DNA of 57,286 bases from Patescibacteria group bacterium (GCA_041665145.1 JBAYJK010000004.1:132434-189719); one strand, 5' to 3'. Numbered from the stretch's first letter, positions 27,670 through 36,648 are shown. Translations and numbers: made by a program. The notes: generated by a model not told the origin, from the letters alone.

Positions 27670-29009
27670 AAGGAGCTTATTTTATATAACTTCCATAATA
27701 TGTTTTTTGTGATAAACACCCCGGTAAACAAACTCAACAAGACACCGATGGCAAGTGTGAGAGCAAAACCACGAACCATACCAAAAAGAGGAAGGAATGC
27801 AAAGTTAAACGGATTGAATAAAACAAAACACACAAGGAGTGTGTTTATGTTTGCTGCTTTAATGGCACTAAGTGCACTAAAGTAGCCCACAACAATGGCT
27901 TTTTGTTGGGATTTTTGCACAAGCTTTTCTTCTTTAATCCGTTCATAAATCAGAATGTTTGCATCCACCGCCATACCTATTGACAATATAAAGCCCGCTA
28001 TTCCCGATAAAGTTAGAACAATACCAAACAGTTTGTACAAAGCAACGCTGAATATCGTGTAAATCGCCAAAGAAACAAGCGCAACCAAGCCCTCTTTTCC
28101 GTACAGAACAACCATAAAAACCGAGACAAACAACAACCCCAACGCACCGGCTAAAATACTTTTTTGAATATTGCTTTTTCCCAGCGTCGCCTCAACCGTC
28201 CGTTGCTCAACAAGTTTCACCGGAACCGGAAGAGAGCCGGCATTAAGTGCGTTGACGATTTTATTCCCTTCTTCTATGGTAAATGTTCCGGTAATCACTG
28301 CTTCTCCCGTCTTTATCTCTTGCTGAACTACGGGGGCTGTTATAACCTGTCCATCAAGAATGATACCCAGTGGTTTATTGAGATTTTTTTTGGTTAACTC
28401 CGCAAAAAGCTTTGTCCCTTCCGAATTAAAAAGGAGTGAGATTTGTGGTTTCCCTGTCTGTTGATCAAAAACAAGTTGGGTTTTTTTTAAAAAGTTTCCG
28501 GTAAGCTTAGTTTTTGTGAAATATGGAATATCGGCCGACTGTGTTCCTTGTTGAACTTTTTGTACCGCATATTCACCAAATTCGAGTTGCGCCACTTTCC
28601 CGATTAAATCTATCGCCTCCTGAGGATTCTTTTTTCCTGGTATATCAACCGCCACCCTATATACATTATTATTCTTTAATACAACAACCGACGCCTCGCT
28701 TACACCAAAAAGATTAATCCTTTTTTCTATATTGTCGCGAGCCGCATCTACCGCCCGAACCACGTCTGAAGAAGGGGTCTTCTTCGTATCCAATTCAAAA
28801 ACCAAATGACTCCCTCCTTGCAAATCCAGCCCGAAACGTAATTGATTTGGGATGCTAATTTTCAACCCAAGAATATTGAACGAGGGGTTTTCTGTTTTTA
28901 AAACAACCTTCCTTGATGTACCAGGTAGAGGGAAGCTTGTTGCGGGAATCGCGATCCATAAAAATATACCAGAAAGAATAGATACCCAGAATAATAAGTT
29001 GTTTTTCAT
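27666..29009 (-). CDS. secD: protein translocase subunit SecD
   Basis: GLDLQGG, LNAGSLPVP and IGMAVDANILIYERIKEE motifs. Confidence 0.96.
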   Translation of the reverse strand: MKNNLLFWVSILSGIFLWIAIPATSFPLPGTSRKVVLKTENPSFNILGLKISIPNQLRFGLDLQGGSHLVFELDTKKTPSSDVVRAVDAARDNIEKRINLFGVSEASVVVLKNNNVYRVAVDIPGKKNPQEAIDLIGKVAQLEFGEYAVQKVQQGTQSADIPYFTKTKLTGNFLKKTQLVFDQQTGKPQISLLFNSEGTKLFAELTKKNLNKPLGIILDGQVITAPVVQQEIKTGEAVITGTFTIEEGNKIVNALNAGSLPVPVKLVEQRTVEATLGKSNIQKSILAGALGLLFVSVFMVVLYGKEGLVALVSLAIYTIFSVALYKLFGIVLTLSGIAGFILSIGMAVDANILIYERIKEEKLVQKSQQKAIVVGYFSALSAIKAANINTLLVCFVLFNPFNFAFLPLFGMVRGFALTLAIGVLLSLFTGVFITKNILWKLYKISSL

Positions 29010-29021
29010 GGTGAAACCCTG

Positions 29022-29408
29022 TCAGTTCCTTGTTTTTTTTTGAGGACTAAATATTTCAAACTCCACATACCCATTTTCAAGAAACCCCTCAATCGGACCC
29101 TCCTCTTTTGTCCCAACATCCGACTCGATTTCTTTCAGAAAACCTTGTATGTTCTGATATACGACAGATGCTTTTATTCCGAGAGTTTTTAGGTTGCGCA
29201 TCTGCTTCTCTAAAACAGTGTTGATTTTGTACGACTTCCACACTCTTTCAACGATGTTTTTGTCGGCAAGAGAAATGCCGTCAGAGTTACCGGGCTTGTG
29301 TGATACTTGTACATTGTGCATTCGCAAATCCGAAACCATATCGTCGTAAGCTGGCGGGTTATTTAAAATCTCTAAAATCTCATTCTTCGCTTTTTCCTTG
29401 GAAAACAT
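29022..29408 (-). CDS. hypothetical protein (128 aa)
   Basis: Fills the gap between secD and dnaA. TAAAAT-N6-ATG upstream. Confidence 0.65.
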   Translation of the reverse strand: MFSKEKAKNEILEILNNPPAYDDMVSDLRMHNVQVSHKPGNSDGISLADKNIVERVWKSYKINTVLEKQMRNLKTLGIKASVVYQNIQGFLKEIESDVGTKEEGPIEGFLENGYVEFEIFSPQKKTRN

Positions 29409-29458
29409 GTCTCTATTTTAAATCAACGCATTGATTTGTCAACCCACAAACAAGACGC

Positions 29459-29507
29459 TTGACAATGCGGAAAAAAAACCGTAAGCTTTGTGGAAAAGTT
29501 GTCCACA
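29459..29507 (+). promoter_or_regulatory. dnaA promoter with two DnaA boxes over the start site
   Basis: TTGACA(29459)-N17-TAAGCT, then TGTGGAAAA (29489-29497) and TTGTCCACA (29499-29507). Confidence 0.75.
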
Positions 29508-29548
29508 TATTAATGTTAAAAATAAATCGTGGGTTGCCAAGATAGTCT

Positions 29549-30880
29549 ATGGACGAATACTCTTTGTGGAAAAAGACGCTTGATGAAATTGCTCTTGAGG
29601 TGTCTCCGATCGCATTTGATTCTTTCTTTCAAAAAACAAAGACTTCTCATGTTGAAAACAACACTCTTTATGTGACGTGTCCAAACGATGGGGTTTCTTT
29701 TGTTTTAGAAAACAAATATCGGGGGATCGTTGAAACAATTCTCAAAAAATACAGTGGAGGAGTTGTGCTTCGAGCAATTTTCGTTCCCGCCGAGAAAACA
29801 ATCCCTGAAGGAAAAACACCCATGGCCCCTTTATTTAGAAACGAGTCGGTAGACATTTTAAGCAGAGTACAGCAATCCGGAATATCTCCCATCCTGACTT
29901 TTGATAATTTTGCGGTTTCTATTTCAAATCAAATGGCTCATGCCGCATCCATTGCTGTCTCCCGGGGTCCGGGAAGAACATACAACCCGTTGTTTATCTG
30001 GGGAGGTGTGGGGGTCGGTAAAACACATTTGTTGCATGCTGTTGGTAGAAAAATAATAGAAACCACCAACATGACAGTAAAATACGCGTCGACAGAAGAG
30101 TTTACAAACGCTCTTGTTGAAGGAATACGTACTAAAAACACAAACACGTTTCGCAGAAAATTCCGAAACATTGACGTTTTATTATTGGACGATATCCAGT
30201 TTGTCTCCCAGCGCGACTTCATACAGGAAGAGTTGTTTCACACCTTCAACAAGCTACAATCAATGAATAAACAGGTAATATTCACCTCGGACAAGCCTCC
30301 CAAAGCAATCAAAAACATCGAACAACGGCTTGTTTCCCGTTTCTTAAGTGGTCTTGTTGTTGATATACAACCCCCTGATTTTGAATTGAAAACTGCGATC
30401 CTACTCATAAAAGCCCAGGAGAAAAAATTGGACATCTCCATTGAGGTTGCCAAAACAATAGCCGCACATATTGAGGAGCTTCGGGAATTGGAGGGTTTTT
30501 TACTAAAACTCAGCTCGCTTAAAGAGTCAAATATAGAGATAAAGAAGGAAACAGTAGAGAGGTTGTTGGCTCAATCAAGCTTCATTAACCAGTCACGGAT
30601 AAACCCGAAAGATGTGATCGTTGCCGTATCTAAAGAGATGGGGGTGCGTGTAAAAGACCTTAAAGAAGACAGTCGGAAGAAGAACATAGCGCTTTCACGG
30701 CACGTCGCCATGTATTTGTTAAAAACACTCACCAGCCTTACGTATGAAGAAATAGCCTACCTTACCGGAAGAAAAGACCACACAACCGTTATGCACGGGG
30801 TCCAAAAGATAATCACCACTCTTTCCGTAAATGAGGACCTTCGAAAAACGGTTGAAAGAATTAAATTATACGTCTCATAA
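29549..30880 (+). CDS. dnaA: chromosomal replication initiator DnaA
   Basis: YNPLFIWGGVGVGKTHL, DVLLLDDIQF and KDHTTVMHG motifs. Confidence 0.98.
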   Translation: MDEYSLWKKTLDEIALEVSPIAFDSFFQKTKTSHVENNTLYVTCPNDGVSFVLENKYRGIVETILKKYSGGVVLRAIFVPAEKTIPEGKTPMAPLFRNESVDILSRVQQSGISPILTFDNFAVSISNQMAHAASIAVSRGPGRTYNPLFIWGGVGVGKTHLLHAVGRKIIETTNMTVKYASTEEFTNALVEGIRTKNTNTFRRKFRNIDVLLLDDIQFVSQRDFIQEELFHTFNKLQSMNKQVIFTSDKPPKAIKNIEQRLVSRFLSGLVVDIQPPDFELKTAILLIKAQEKKLDISIEVAKTIAAHIEELRELEGFLLKLSSLKESNIEIKKETVERLLAQSSFINQSRINPKDVIVAVSKEMGVRVKDLKEDSRKKNIALSRHVAMYLLKTLTSLTYEEIAYLTGRKDHTTVMHGVQKIITTLSVNEDLRKTVERIKLYVS

Positions 30881-30996
30881 TTATCCACACACTTATCCAC
30901 ATGATCAACACATATAAAAAGAACGTTGAAACAACAAGCGGCTTCTTTTGTAACTTGGTTATCAACTTTTCCACAGTTGTACTATAATCACTATAT
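30881..30996. other. oriC (dnaA-dnaN intergenic DnaA-box cluster)
   Basis: TTATCCACA at 30881-30889 and 30893-30901, TTATCAACT at 30959-30967, TTTTCCACA at 30967-30975, then an AT-rich tract. Confidence 0.8.
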
Positions 30997-32103
30997 ATGA
31001 AATTTACTGTTATCCGAGAACGCTTCTACTCAACATTGCAAAAGGCGGGGTATTTTATTTCTTCAAAGGTTAACGATAACGGACTGCTGCGATGCGTACA
31101 TATAGAAGCAGAGACGGAGGGTATAACAGTAAAGACATCTTCTGTTACGGAATATTTCATCGGCGAAGTTGGTGGAAAAGTGGAGGAGAGCGGTGTCGTT
31201 TTGGTTGATTTCAAAACCCTTCTTGAAGTTGTAAAATCCACACAAGACACAAAAATCGATGTGGAAAACCTCAAGGGAACCCTAGTAATCAAGAGCAAAC
31301 AGGGAACAGTTAAGCTTCCTACGCTCGATACCTCAACCTTTCCACAACAACCGAAACTGTCCGAGACCGAGGCATTAGATGTGACGTTCTTTGTTTCAAA
31401 AACCACACAACCCGTTCTGTTTGCGGCCGCAACCGACGAAACCAGGCCTATTCTTACCGGCTTGTGTTTTGATTTTCTTGAAGAAAAGACCAATATTGTC
31501 GGTACTGACGGCTTCAGAATGTCTCTTATGTCGCTGGAGAATGTCAAAAAGGGCGGCAAGAAAAAAAGGATGATCATCTCGGCAAGAAGCCTTTTGTCCG
31601 TACAGAAAGTTCTTCAAGACCAGTTTAAGAAGGTGTCTTTCGAAGAGGGCTCCGGATACGTATTGTTCTCGGGTGAGGGTTGTGTTGTTTATGTGCGTCT
31701 CTTGGATGGAGAGTATCCACCATATGAACGGGTGGTGCCGCAAGACAAGGAAACCAAAGTTATCATAAAAAAAGAAGAGCTCCTGAACACAATCAAGACG
31801 GCGTCTCTTTTTGCCCGCGAGGGTTCGAACATGATCGGTTTCGGTGTTGTTGGCGACGAGCTTTTGTTAACAGCTTCAAGTGCAAGTTTGGGAGAGGCGA
31901 GTCTTAGAGTGCCGACCATAGAAAAGGAAGGGTCTGACAATAAGATAACATTTAACTACCGTTACGTGCTTGACTTTTTACAGGTGGTTTCGGGCGAAGA
32001 TGTCAGTTTGCAGATAATCAACCCGTTTGCACCTGGAATTTTTCAGATGAGCAAAAACCCCAACCTGCTCCATATTATTATGCCAATACGGACCGAGGGT
32101 TAG
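30997..32103 (+). CDS. dnaN: DNA polymerase III beta clamp
   Basis: DETRPILTG, GTDGFRMS, RLLDGEYPPYERVVP and IIMPIR motifs. Follows dnaA. Confidence 0.97.
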   Translation: MKFTVIRERFYSTLQKAGYFISSKVNDNGLLRCVHIEAETEGITVKTSSVTEYFIGEVGGKVEESGVVLVDFKTLLEVVKSTQDTKIDVENLKGTLVIKSKQGTVKLPTLDTSTFPQQPKLSETEALDVTFFVSKTTQPVLFAAATDETRPILTGLCFDFLEEKTNIVGTDGFRMSLMSLENVKKGGKKKRMIISARSLLSVQKVLQDQFKKVSFEEGSGYVLFSGEGCVVYVRLLDGEYPPYERVVPQDKETKVIIKKEELLNTIKTASLFAREGSNMIGFGVVGDELLLTASSASLGEASLRVPTIEKEGSDNKITFNYRYVLDFLQVVSGEDVSLQIINPFAPGIFQMSKNPNLLHIIMPIRTEG

Positions 32104-32770
32104 GTCTGTGGAAGACGTTCCGCCAGAACATAAGTGTATAATCCCAAAAAAAACGCCGCGGTGTTTTAAATATCCTCCGCGCGGATGTTTCCATAAGTAT
32201 GTTTCTGTTGAAAACAATTTTCCCGACACGCGAAAGATGTTGGGCAAGATCAAAGTCCTCATGAAGCAGCAAGTTGTCCGAACAGGGTGATATTTTTTTG
32301 AAGGCCGACACCCGAATTCCCTTATTCGGCCCAAAAACCACCGAATGCCCAAGAAAGAAAGAAGCAATCAAAGCAAGCGCGTACGAGGGGTAACGACCCA
32401 GATATCCGTAGGGGGGCTCGGTAAAAACAACGGGCCCAGATACCGCAACGGCAAATGGGTGTTTTTCGAATGCCTCTTCCATTAATTTCAACCAATTTTT
32501 CGGCGGTAAAGAATCCGCGTCGGTTTGACAAACAACATCCCCTTGCGCACTACGGAAACCGCAGTCGCGCGCATATGCCATCCCCTGCTTTGTTTCTCGC
32601 ACAACGCGCACGTTTTTAAATTGCAGCGCGACCTGTACTGAGGTGTCGGTGCAATTGTTGTCTACCACAATAATTTCGTCAGCCGCCCGTTCTTGGTTGG
32701 AAAGAGCGAGTAAACAATTCTTTAAAAGAACCTCCTCATTATAAACAGGGATCACCACAGAAATATGCAT
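32078..32770 (-). CDS. glycosyltransferase family 2
   Basis: VVIPVYNEE, VVDNNCTD, TDADS and EDFDL motifs. Confidence 0.92.
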   Translation of the reverse strand: MHISVVIPVYNEEVLLKNCLLALSNQERAADEIIVVDNNCTDTSVQVALQFKNVRVVRETKQGMAYARDCGFRSAQGDVVCQTDADSLPPKNWLKLMEEAFEKHPFAVAVSGPVVFTEPPYGYLGRYPSYALALIASFFLGHSVVFGPNKGIRVSAFKKISPCSDNLLLHEDFDLAQHLSRVGKIVFNRNILMETSARRIFKTPRRFFWDYTLMFWRNVFHRPNPRSVLA

Positions 32771-32823
32771 TAAGATAATTTTATCATGTTGTTTTTTGTT
32801 GTTAAAAAAAATACAATTAAGGC

Positions 32824-33264
32824 ATGTCTTATACTGCTCTCGGCGTTGTTGTTGTTTGGAATGTTCTTTTAACTCTTGTTTTGGTTTATATATGGTTTTT
32901 TCTCAAGAGTTTTTTTCCTCAGAAAAAACGCGGAATTCACCAAGCCATTGAGGACAGTATTGGGCGCAGTGAGAAACTTGACAAACAAATTCAACAAATG
33001 ACGGAAGAAATAAAAAATCACAAAGAACAAACAAAAACGAGTTTCAAAAAACTCGGACTTGTCCGGTTTAATCCTTTCGACAGGCTGGGGGGCGAACAAA
33101 GCTATTGCTTAGCGCTCTTGAATGAAAAAAAAGACGGTTTTGTGATCACCTTTTTGTATACACACGAAGGAGTTCGGGTATACGTCAAGGAGGTTCTGGG
33201 AGGTAAGGGCGGCGAGGTAGATCTCTCGAAAGAAGAAGAAAAAGCAATTGTTAAAGCAATATAG
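32824..33264 (+). CDS. DUF4446-like membrane-anchored protein
   Basis: TM plus coiled coil, GLVRFNPF...GGEQSYCLALL and LSKEEEKAI motifs. Confidence 0.8.
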   Translation: MSYTALGVVVVWNVLLTLVLVYIWFFLKSFFPQKKRGIHQAIEDSIGRSEKLDKQIQQMTEEIKNHKEQTKTSFKKLGLVRFNPFDRLGGEQSYCLALLNEKKDGFVITFLYTHEGVRVYVKEVLGGKGGEVDLSKEEEKAIVKAI

Positions 33265-33283
33265 TTATGTTACATTCATAGGT

Positions 33284-34423
33284 ATGAAAAAAATAGTTAT
33301 TTTATGTATTCCGATCTATTTTGTGATTATGGGAGTTTCTTTCGTCTTGTTTTCCGGAATGTTGGGCGGAGCTCAGACAAAAACGCAGACAACCAACACA
33401 AACACCCCAACCGAAGGGGATAGCGGACCAAAAACAGAAGAATGTCCTTTAAACGGAGCATATTATTCAGTGCAACAGCGCCAGTTGTGGGAAAAAAGGC
33501 GCCCGCTCGGTGTTATGGTAGAAAACTCAACCGACGCGCGACCTCAGTCAGGATTATCTAAGGCGGACGTTGTTTTTGAGGCGGTTGCTGAAGGGGGAAT
33601 AACGCGTTTTCTTTCGGTTTTTTACTGCCAGACATCGCCAATCGTAGGACCTGTGCGCAGTGCACGTGTATATTTTCTCGATTTTATCGGCGGTTTTGGA
33701 GAATCGCCACTTTACGCTCATGTGGGAGGGGCAAATACTCCGGGGCCTGCAAATGCGCTTGGCCAAATCGAAGATATGGATTGGGTTGGGTACAACGACA
33801 TAAACCAATTTTCTGTCGGTTACCCTGTTTTTTGGCGGGACTACGAGCGTTTACCCGGAGTTGCAACCGAACACACAATGTACACCGATACAAGCAAGCT
33901 TTGGAAAACAGCGGCTTCTCGTGATCTGACAAATGTTGATGAAGAGGGGGTTTCGTGGGACAAAACTTTTGTTCCTTGGGTATTCAAAGAAGAATCTCCC
34001 TTGGAAAAGCGTCCAGCAACCGCCTCGGTTGCGTTCGGTTTCTGGGAAGATTATCGTCAATTCAACGTGGTCTGGACATATAATAAAACAACAAATACGT
34101 ATACCCGCACCAACGGAGGGAAGAAACACCTTGATAAAGCAACGAACAAACAACTTCAAGCAAAAACCATCGTTATTGTTTACATGGACGAAGGTGTAGC
34201 TGATGATGGTTATGACCAAGGACAACATCTCTTGTATGGAACAAAAGGGACCGGAGATGCCGTGATTCTGCAAGACGGGACCGTCACCAAGGGCTCGTGG
34301 GCAAAAAAAGACCGGTTTACCCAGATCAGATTTTATGACGCGAGTGACGAGGAAGTAAAATTCAACCGTGGGACTATTTGGGTAGAAGTCTTACCAACCG
34401 GCAATAAGGTTGTTTATAAATAA
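33284..34423 (+). CDS. DUF3048-like surface protein
   Basis: VENSTDARPQSGL, AEGGITRF, GPVRSAR and GTIWVEV motifs. Start moved to ATG 33284. Confidence 0.85.
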   Translation: MKKIVILCIPIYFVIMGVSFVLFSGMLGGAQTKTQTTNTNTPTEGDSGPKTEECPLNGAYYSVQQRQLWEKRRPLGVMVENSTDARPQSGLSKADVVFEAVAEGGITRFLSVFYCQTSPIVGPVRSARVYFLDFIGGFGESPLYAHVGGANTPGPANALGQIEDMDWVGYNDINQFSVGYPVFWRDYERLPGVATEHTMYTDTSKLWKTAASRDLTNVDEEGVSWDKTFVPWVFKEESPLEKRPATASVAFGFWEDYRQFNVVWTYNKTTNTYTRTNGGKKHLDKATNKQLQAKTIVIVYMDEGVADDGYDQGQHLLYGTKGTGDAVILQDGTVTKGSWAKKDRFTQIRFYDASDEEVKFNRGTIWVEVLPTGNKVVYK

Positions 34424-34425
34424 GT

Positions 34426-35001
34426 ATGTTGTATAGTTTGTTTTCAGGAAGAGCCAAAACCAAGGCCCTTTTTCTTTTGTACGAACACCCGCGGGAAAAG
34501 TTTCATATGCGCCAGATTGAACGCCTAACCCACGAACGGATTAACTCTGTTAGAAGTGCGCTTATAGCGCTTACTAAAGAGGGTGTTTGTAGCAAGGAGG
34601 CTATTGGTAAAAAAACATTTTTTCAAGCGAACCAGAATTACGTTTTTTTTGACGAACTGCTTAGAATTGTTGCAAAAAACACGGGGTTGGGGGGGCGCAT
34701 TGTCAAAGAGAAGCTTAAGCTCGGGAAAATTAAAACAGCCTTTTTAAGTCTGGGGTTCTATCGTCAACTTGCACGGACAACTGAAGATATTGATCTTTTT
34801 ATAGTCGGGAGCGTTCCGGTTGCAGAAATTGCGAAGGTTGCAAAAGAAGAGGGTGATAAGCGGGGGGTGGAGATTAATTATAGCGTAATGACACCGGAAG
34901 AATTTGTTTTCAGAAAGAAAAACAAGGATCCGTTTCTTTTATCCATTCTTCAAAAAGGGCGATTGGTGTTAATCGGCAACGAGGATATTTATTCTGATTA
35001 A
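34426..35001 (+). CDS. wHTH plus degenerate minimal-nucleotidyltransferase fusion
   Basis: N-terminal HTH (MRQIERLT...SVRSALIAL), C-terminal EDIDLFIVG and EINYSVMTPEEF. Confidence 0.75.
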   Translation: MLYSLFSGRAKTKALFLLYEHPREKFHMRQIERLTHERINSVRSALIALTKEGVCSKEAIGKKTFFQANQNYVFFDELLRIVAKNTGLGGRIVKEKLKLGKIKTAFLSLGFYRQLARTTEDIDLFIVGSVPVAEIAKVAKEEGDKRGVEINYSVMTPEEFVFRKKNKDPFLLSILQKGRLVLIGNEDIYSD

Positions 35002-35035
35002 AAAAAGAGCCCCGACTTTCATCGGGACTCCTTTT
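35001..35035. terminator. bidirectional intrinsic terminator
   Basis: AAAAAA-GAGCCCCGAC-TTTC-ATCGGGACTC-CTTTT between convergent genes. Confidence 0.8.
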
Positions 35036-35051
35036 ACCTTACCTTACAGCA

Positions 35052-35255
35052 TTACTCTTGTGGTGCATCCAAGCTATCCCAGTCTTTTTGACTGACGAAC
35101 TTTGTTAGTCGTACCCCTCCAACTACTGCACGAAGGGCGTATCGCACCTGTGTTCCACCGTCTTTTGTCTGACGTTCGTATTTCGTTTTTTTAACGTCCT
35201 TGTCAGAAACGTCTACTTTTTTTCTATTTTTTACGTCGTAAAATTGTATATCCAT
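35052..35255 (-). CDS. small basic beta-rich protein, candidate CC1-like DNA-binding protein
   Basis: MDIQFYDVKNRKKV...ERQTKDG...YALRAVVGGVRLTKFV. Very strong SD and its own terminator. Confidence 0.8.
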   Translation of the reverse strand: MDIQFYDVKNRKKVDVSDKDVKKTKYERQTKDGGTQVRYALRAVVGGVRLTKFVSQKDWDSLDAPQE

Positions 35256-35260
35256 GAAGT

Positions 35261-35271
35261 ATCACCTCCCT
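35261..35271 (-). promoter_or_regulatory. extended Shine-Dalgarno AGGGAGGTGAT
   Basis: Lies 5 nt upstream of ATG 35255 and complements the canonical 16S 3' end. Confidence 0.85.
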
Positions 35272-35273
35272 TC

Positions 35274-35519
35274 TTATAGGTGTCTAAAATAAGACAAATA
35301 CAAGATATATTGTAGTACGATGAAAAGAAAAGTCAATCCAAGGCTCTTTGCAAGTTCTTTTTTAAGAATTGCCGCGTAATTTATGACATGTGGAACAGAG
35401 CCGGTGGTCTTGGTGGGTTGGTCTTTATTTAAAAGAAAAGAGGGTTTTTCGGGTGCTCTATATAGCTTGGCAACTTCCTGAATTCGTCGGGAATCTGTGT
35501 TTCTTTTTTTCGTTTGCAT
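35274..35519 (-). CDS. small hypothetical protein with C-terminal TM
   Basis: Basic N-terminus and LGLTFLFIVLQYILYL hydrophobic tail. Confidence 0.6.
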   Translation of the reverse strand: MQTKKRNTDSRRIQEVAKLYRAPEKPSFLLNKDQPTKTTGSVPHVINYAAILKKELAKSLGLTFLFIVLQYILYLSYFRHL

Positions 35520-35551
35520 AGGATAAAAAAACTAACTAGAATAACAGTATA

Positions 35552-36055
35552 ATGCAGAAAGAGGGAATTAGCAATAAAACAGTCTATTTTGAGTGGGAGG
35601 CACCGGTTCGTCATTTTGAACAAAAAACACAATCGTACTTTCGGGCAATTATTGCGCTCGGCGTTTTACTAACCCTTGCTTTGTATTTCTTGGGGGAGTA
35701 TTTATTAATCTTGGTGGTGTGGTCGGTGGTCTTTGTTTTCTATGTTAAAGCAGCAATTCCTCCACAAAACGCTCTCTATAAGTTGACTAAATTCGGTATT
35801 CAATTCTATCAGCACACCATTCCCTATGAGGTGCTTCGAGGGTTTACGGTTGTGCATAAAAGCACGAACACATTATTGAGAATCTTTGTGTCAGAAGAGA
35901 ACTCGTACGAGATGCACATCTTGTTACCACAAGGCGATGAAGAAGAGAAGATTCTGGCCTTCTTGGAGGAAAAGGTTCCGTTTATTGAGCATATTCCAAA
36001 AACAAATATAGAGCGTTTCTCTTCGTGGGTCGGTTCATTTCTGGGGCTGTCTTAA
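35552..36055 (+). CDS. hypothetical 2-TM protein with PH-like C-terminal domain
   Basis: FEWEAP, two TM helices and a beta-rich tail. Confidence 0.75.
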   Translation: MQKEGISNKTVYFEWEAPVRHFEQKTQSYFRAIIALGVLLTLALYFLGEYLLILVVWSVVFVFYVKAAIPPQNALYKLTKFGIQFYQHTIPYEVLRGFTVVHKSTNTLLRIFVSEENSYEMHILLPQGDEEEKILAFLEEKVPFIEHIPKTNIERFSSWVGSFLGLS

Positions 36056-36648
36056 AGACTTTTCACTTTTTGGGAGAGCAGCTCAGGAGTCATCTCTTTA
36101 CATCCAAATTTGCGTGCCCATTCCAACAACCCATTATCCGAGGTAACAAGCGTTGCATCCCTCTCTCTTGCTAAGAGAATTAATCCGAGGTCGGTGGTGG
36201 AATCAAGGAACCCTTCCCGGGTTGCCCGTCGATATTTTTCACGCAGCGAGCCAATATATGTCTGTGCCGTCTCTGGAGAATTGTCCGGGTGTTTTGAAAC
36301 AATTTCCTTGATAGGTTCTTCAGCAACCCTCAAACCCTTATATAAACGCACTCCTATTTCACGAACCAATTCATAAAACAACGTTGCATCAAGGTGAATG
36401 TTGGTGAGCGAAGGGGAGGCTATTGTTATTACACCCATGAGATCGTCGATGGCGGATGGGTGTGTTTCGAAAAACGACCGGATTTCTTTTGCTGCCTCCG
36501 GTGTCGTAAGAAACTCGCATTTTTCCTCCTTCACAGAAGCACGGACGAGTTTAACGAAATTTTCAACAACCTCTTCCTTATTTTTTCCCAGATTGATAGA
36601 CCGTTGCAGGTTGACAAAAAAGTTAGTGTCGATCACATACGTAATCAT
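36052..36648 (-). CDS. HARP, protein-only RNase P (Aq_880-like PIN nuclease; often annotated RNA ligase partner protein)
   Basis: YVIDTN, KGLRVAEE and LREKYRRATREGFLDSTTD...LVTSDNGLLEWA match the Aq_880 motif pattern, with the catalytic Asp positions retained. Confidence 0.88.
   Translation of the reverse strand: MITYVIDTNFFVNLQRSINLGKNKEEVVENFVKLVRASVKEEKCEFLTTPEAAKEIRSFFETHPSAIDDLMGVITIASPSLTNIHLDATLFYELVREIGVRLYKGLRVAEEPIKEIVSKHPDNSPETAQTYIGSLREKYRRATREGFLDSTTDLGLILLARERDATLVTSDNGLLEWARKFGCKEMTPELLSQKVKSL

Noticed and set aside
29421-29436. Inverted repeat AATCAA-N4-TTGATT
   Set aside because: The half-sites are in the opposite order to an FNR box (TTGAT-N4-ATCAA). It is short and AT-rich.
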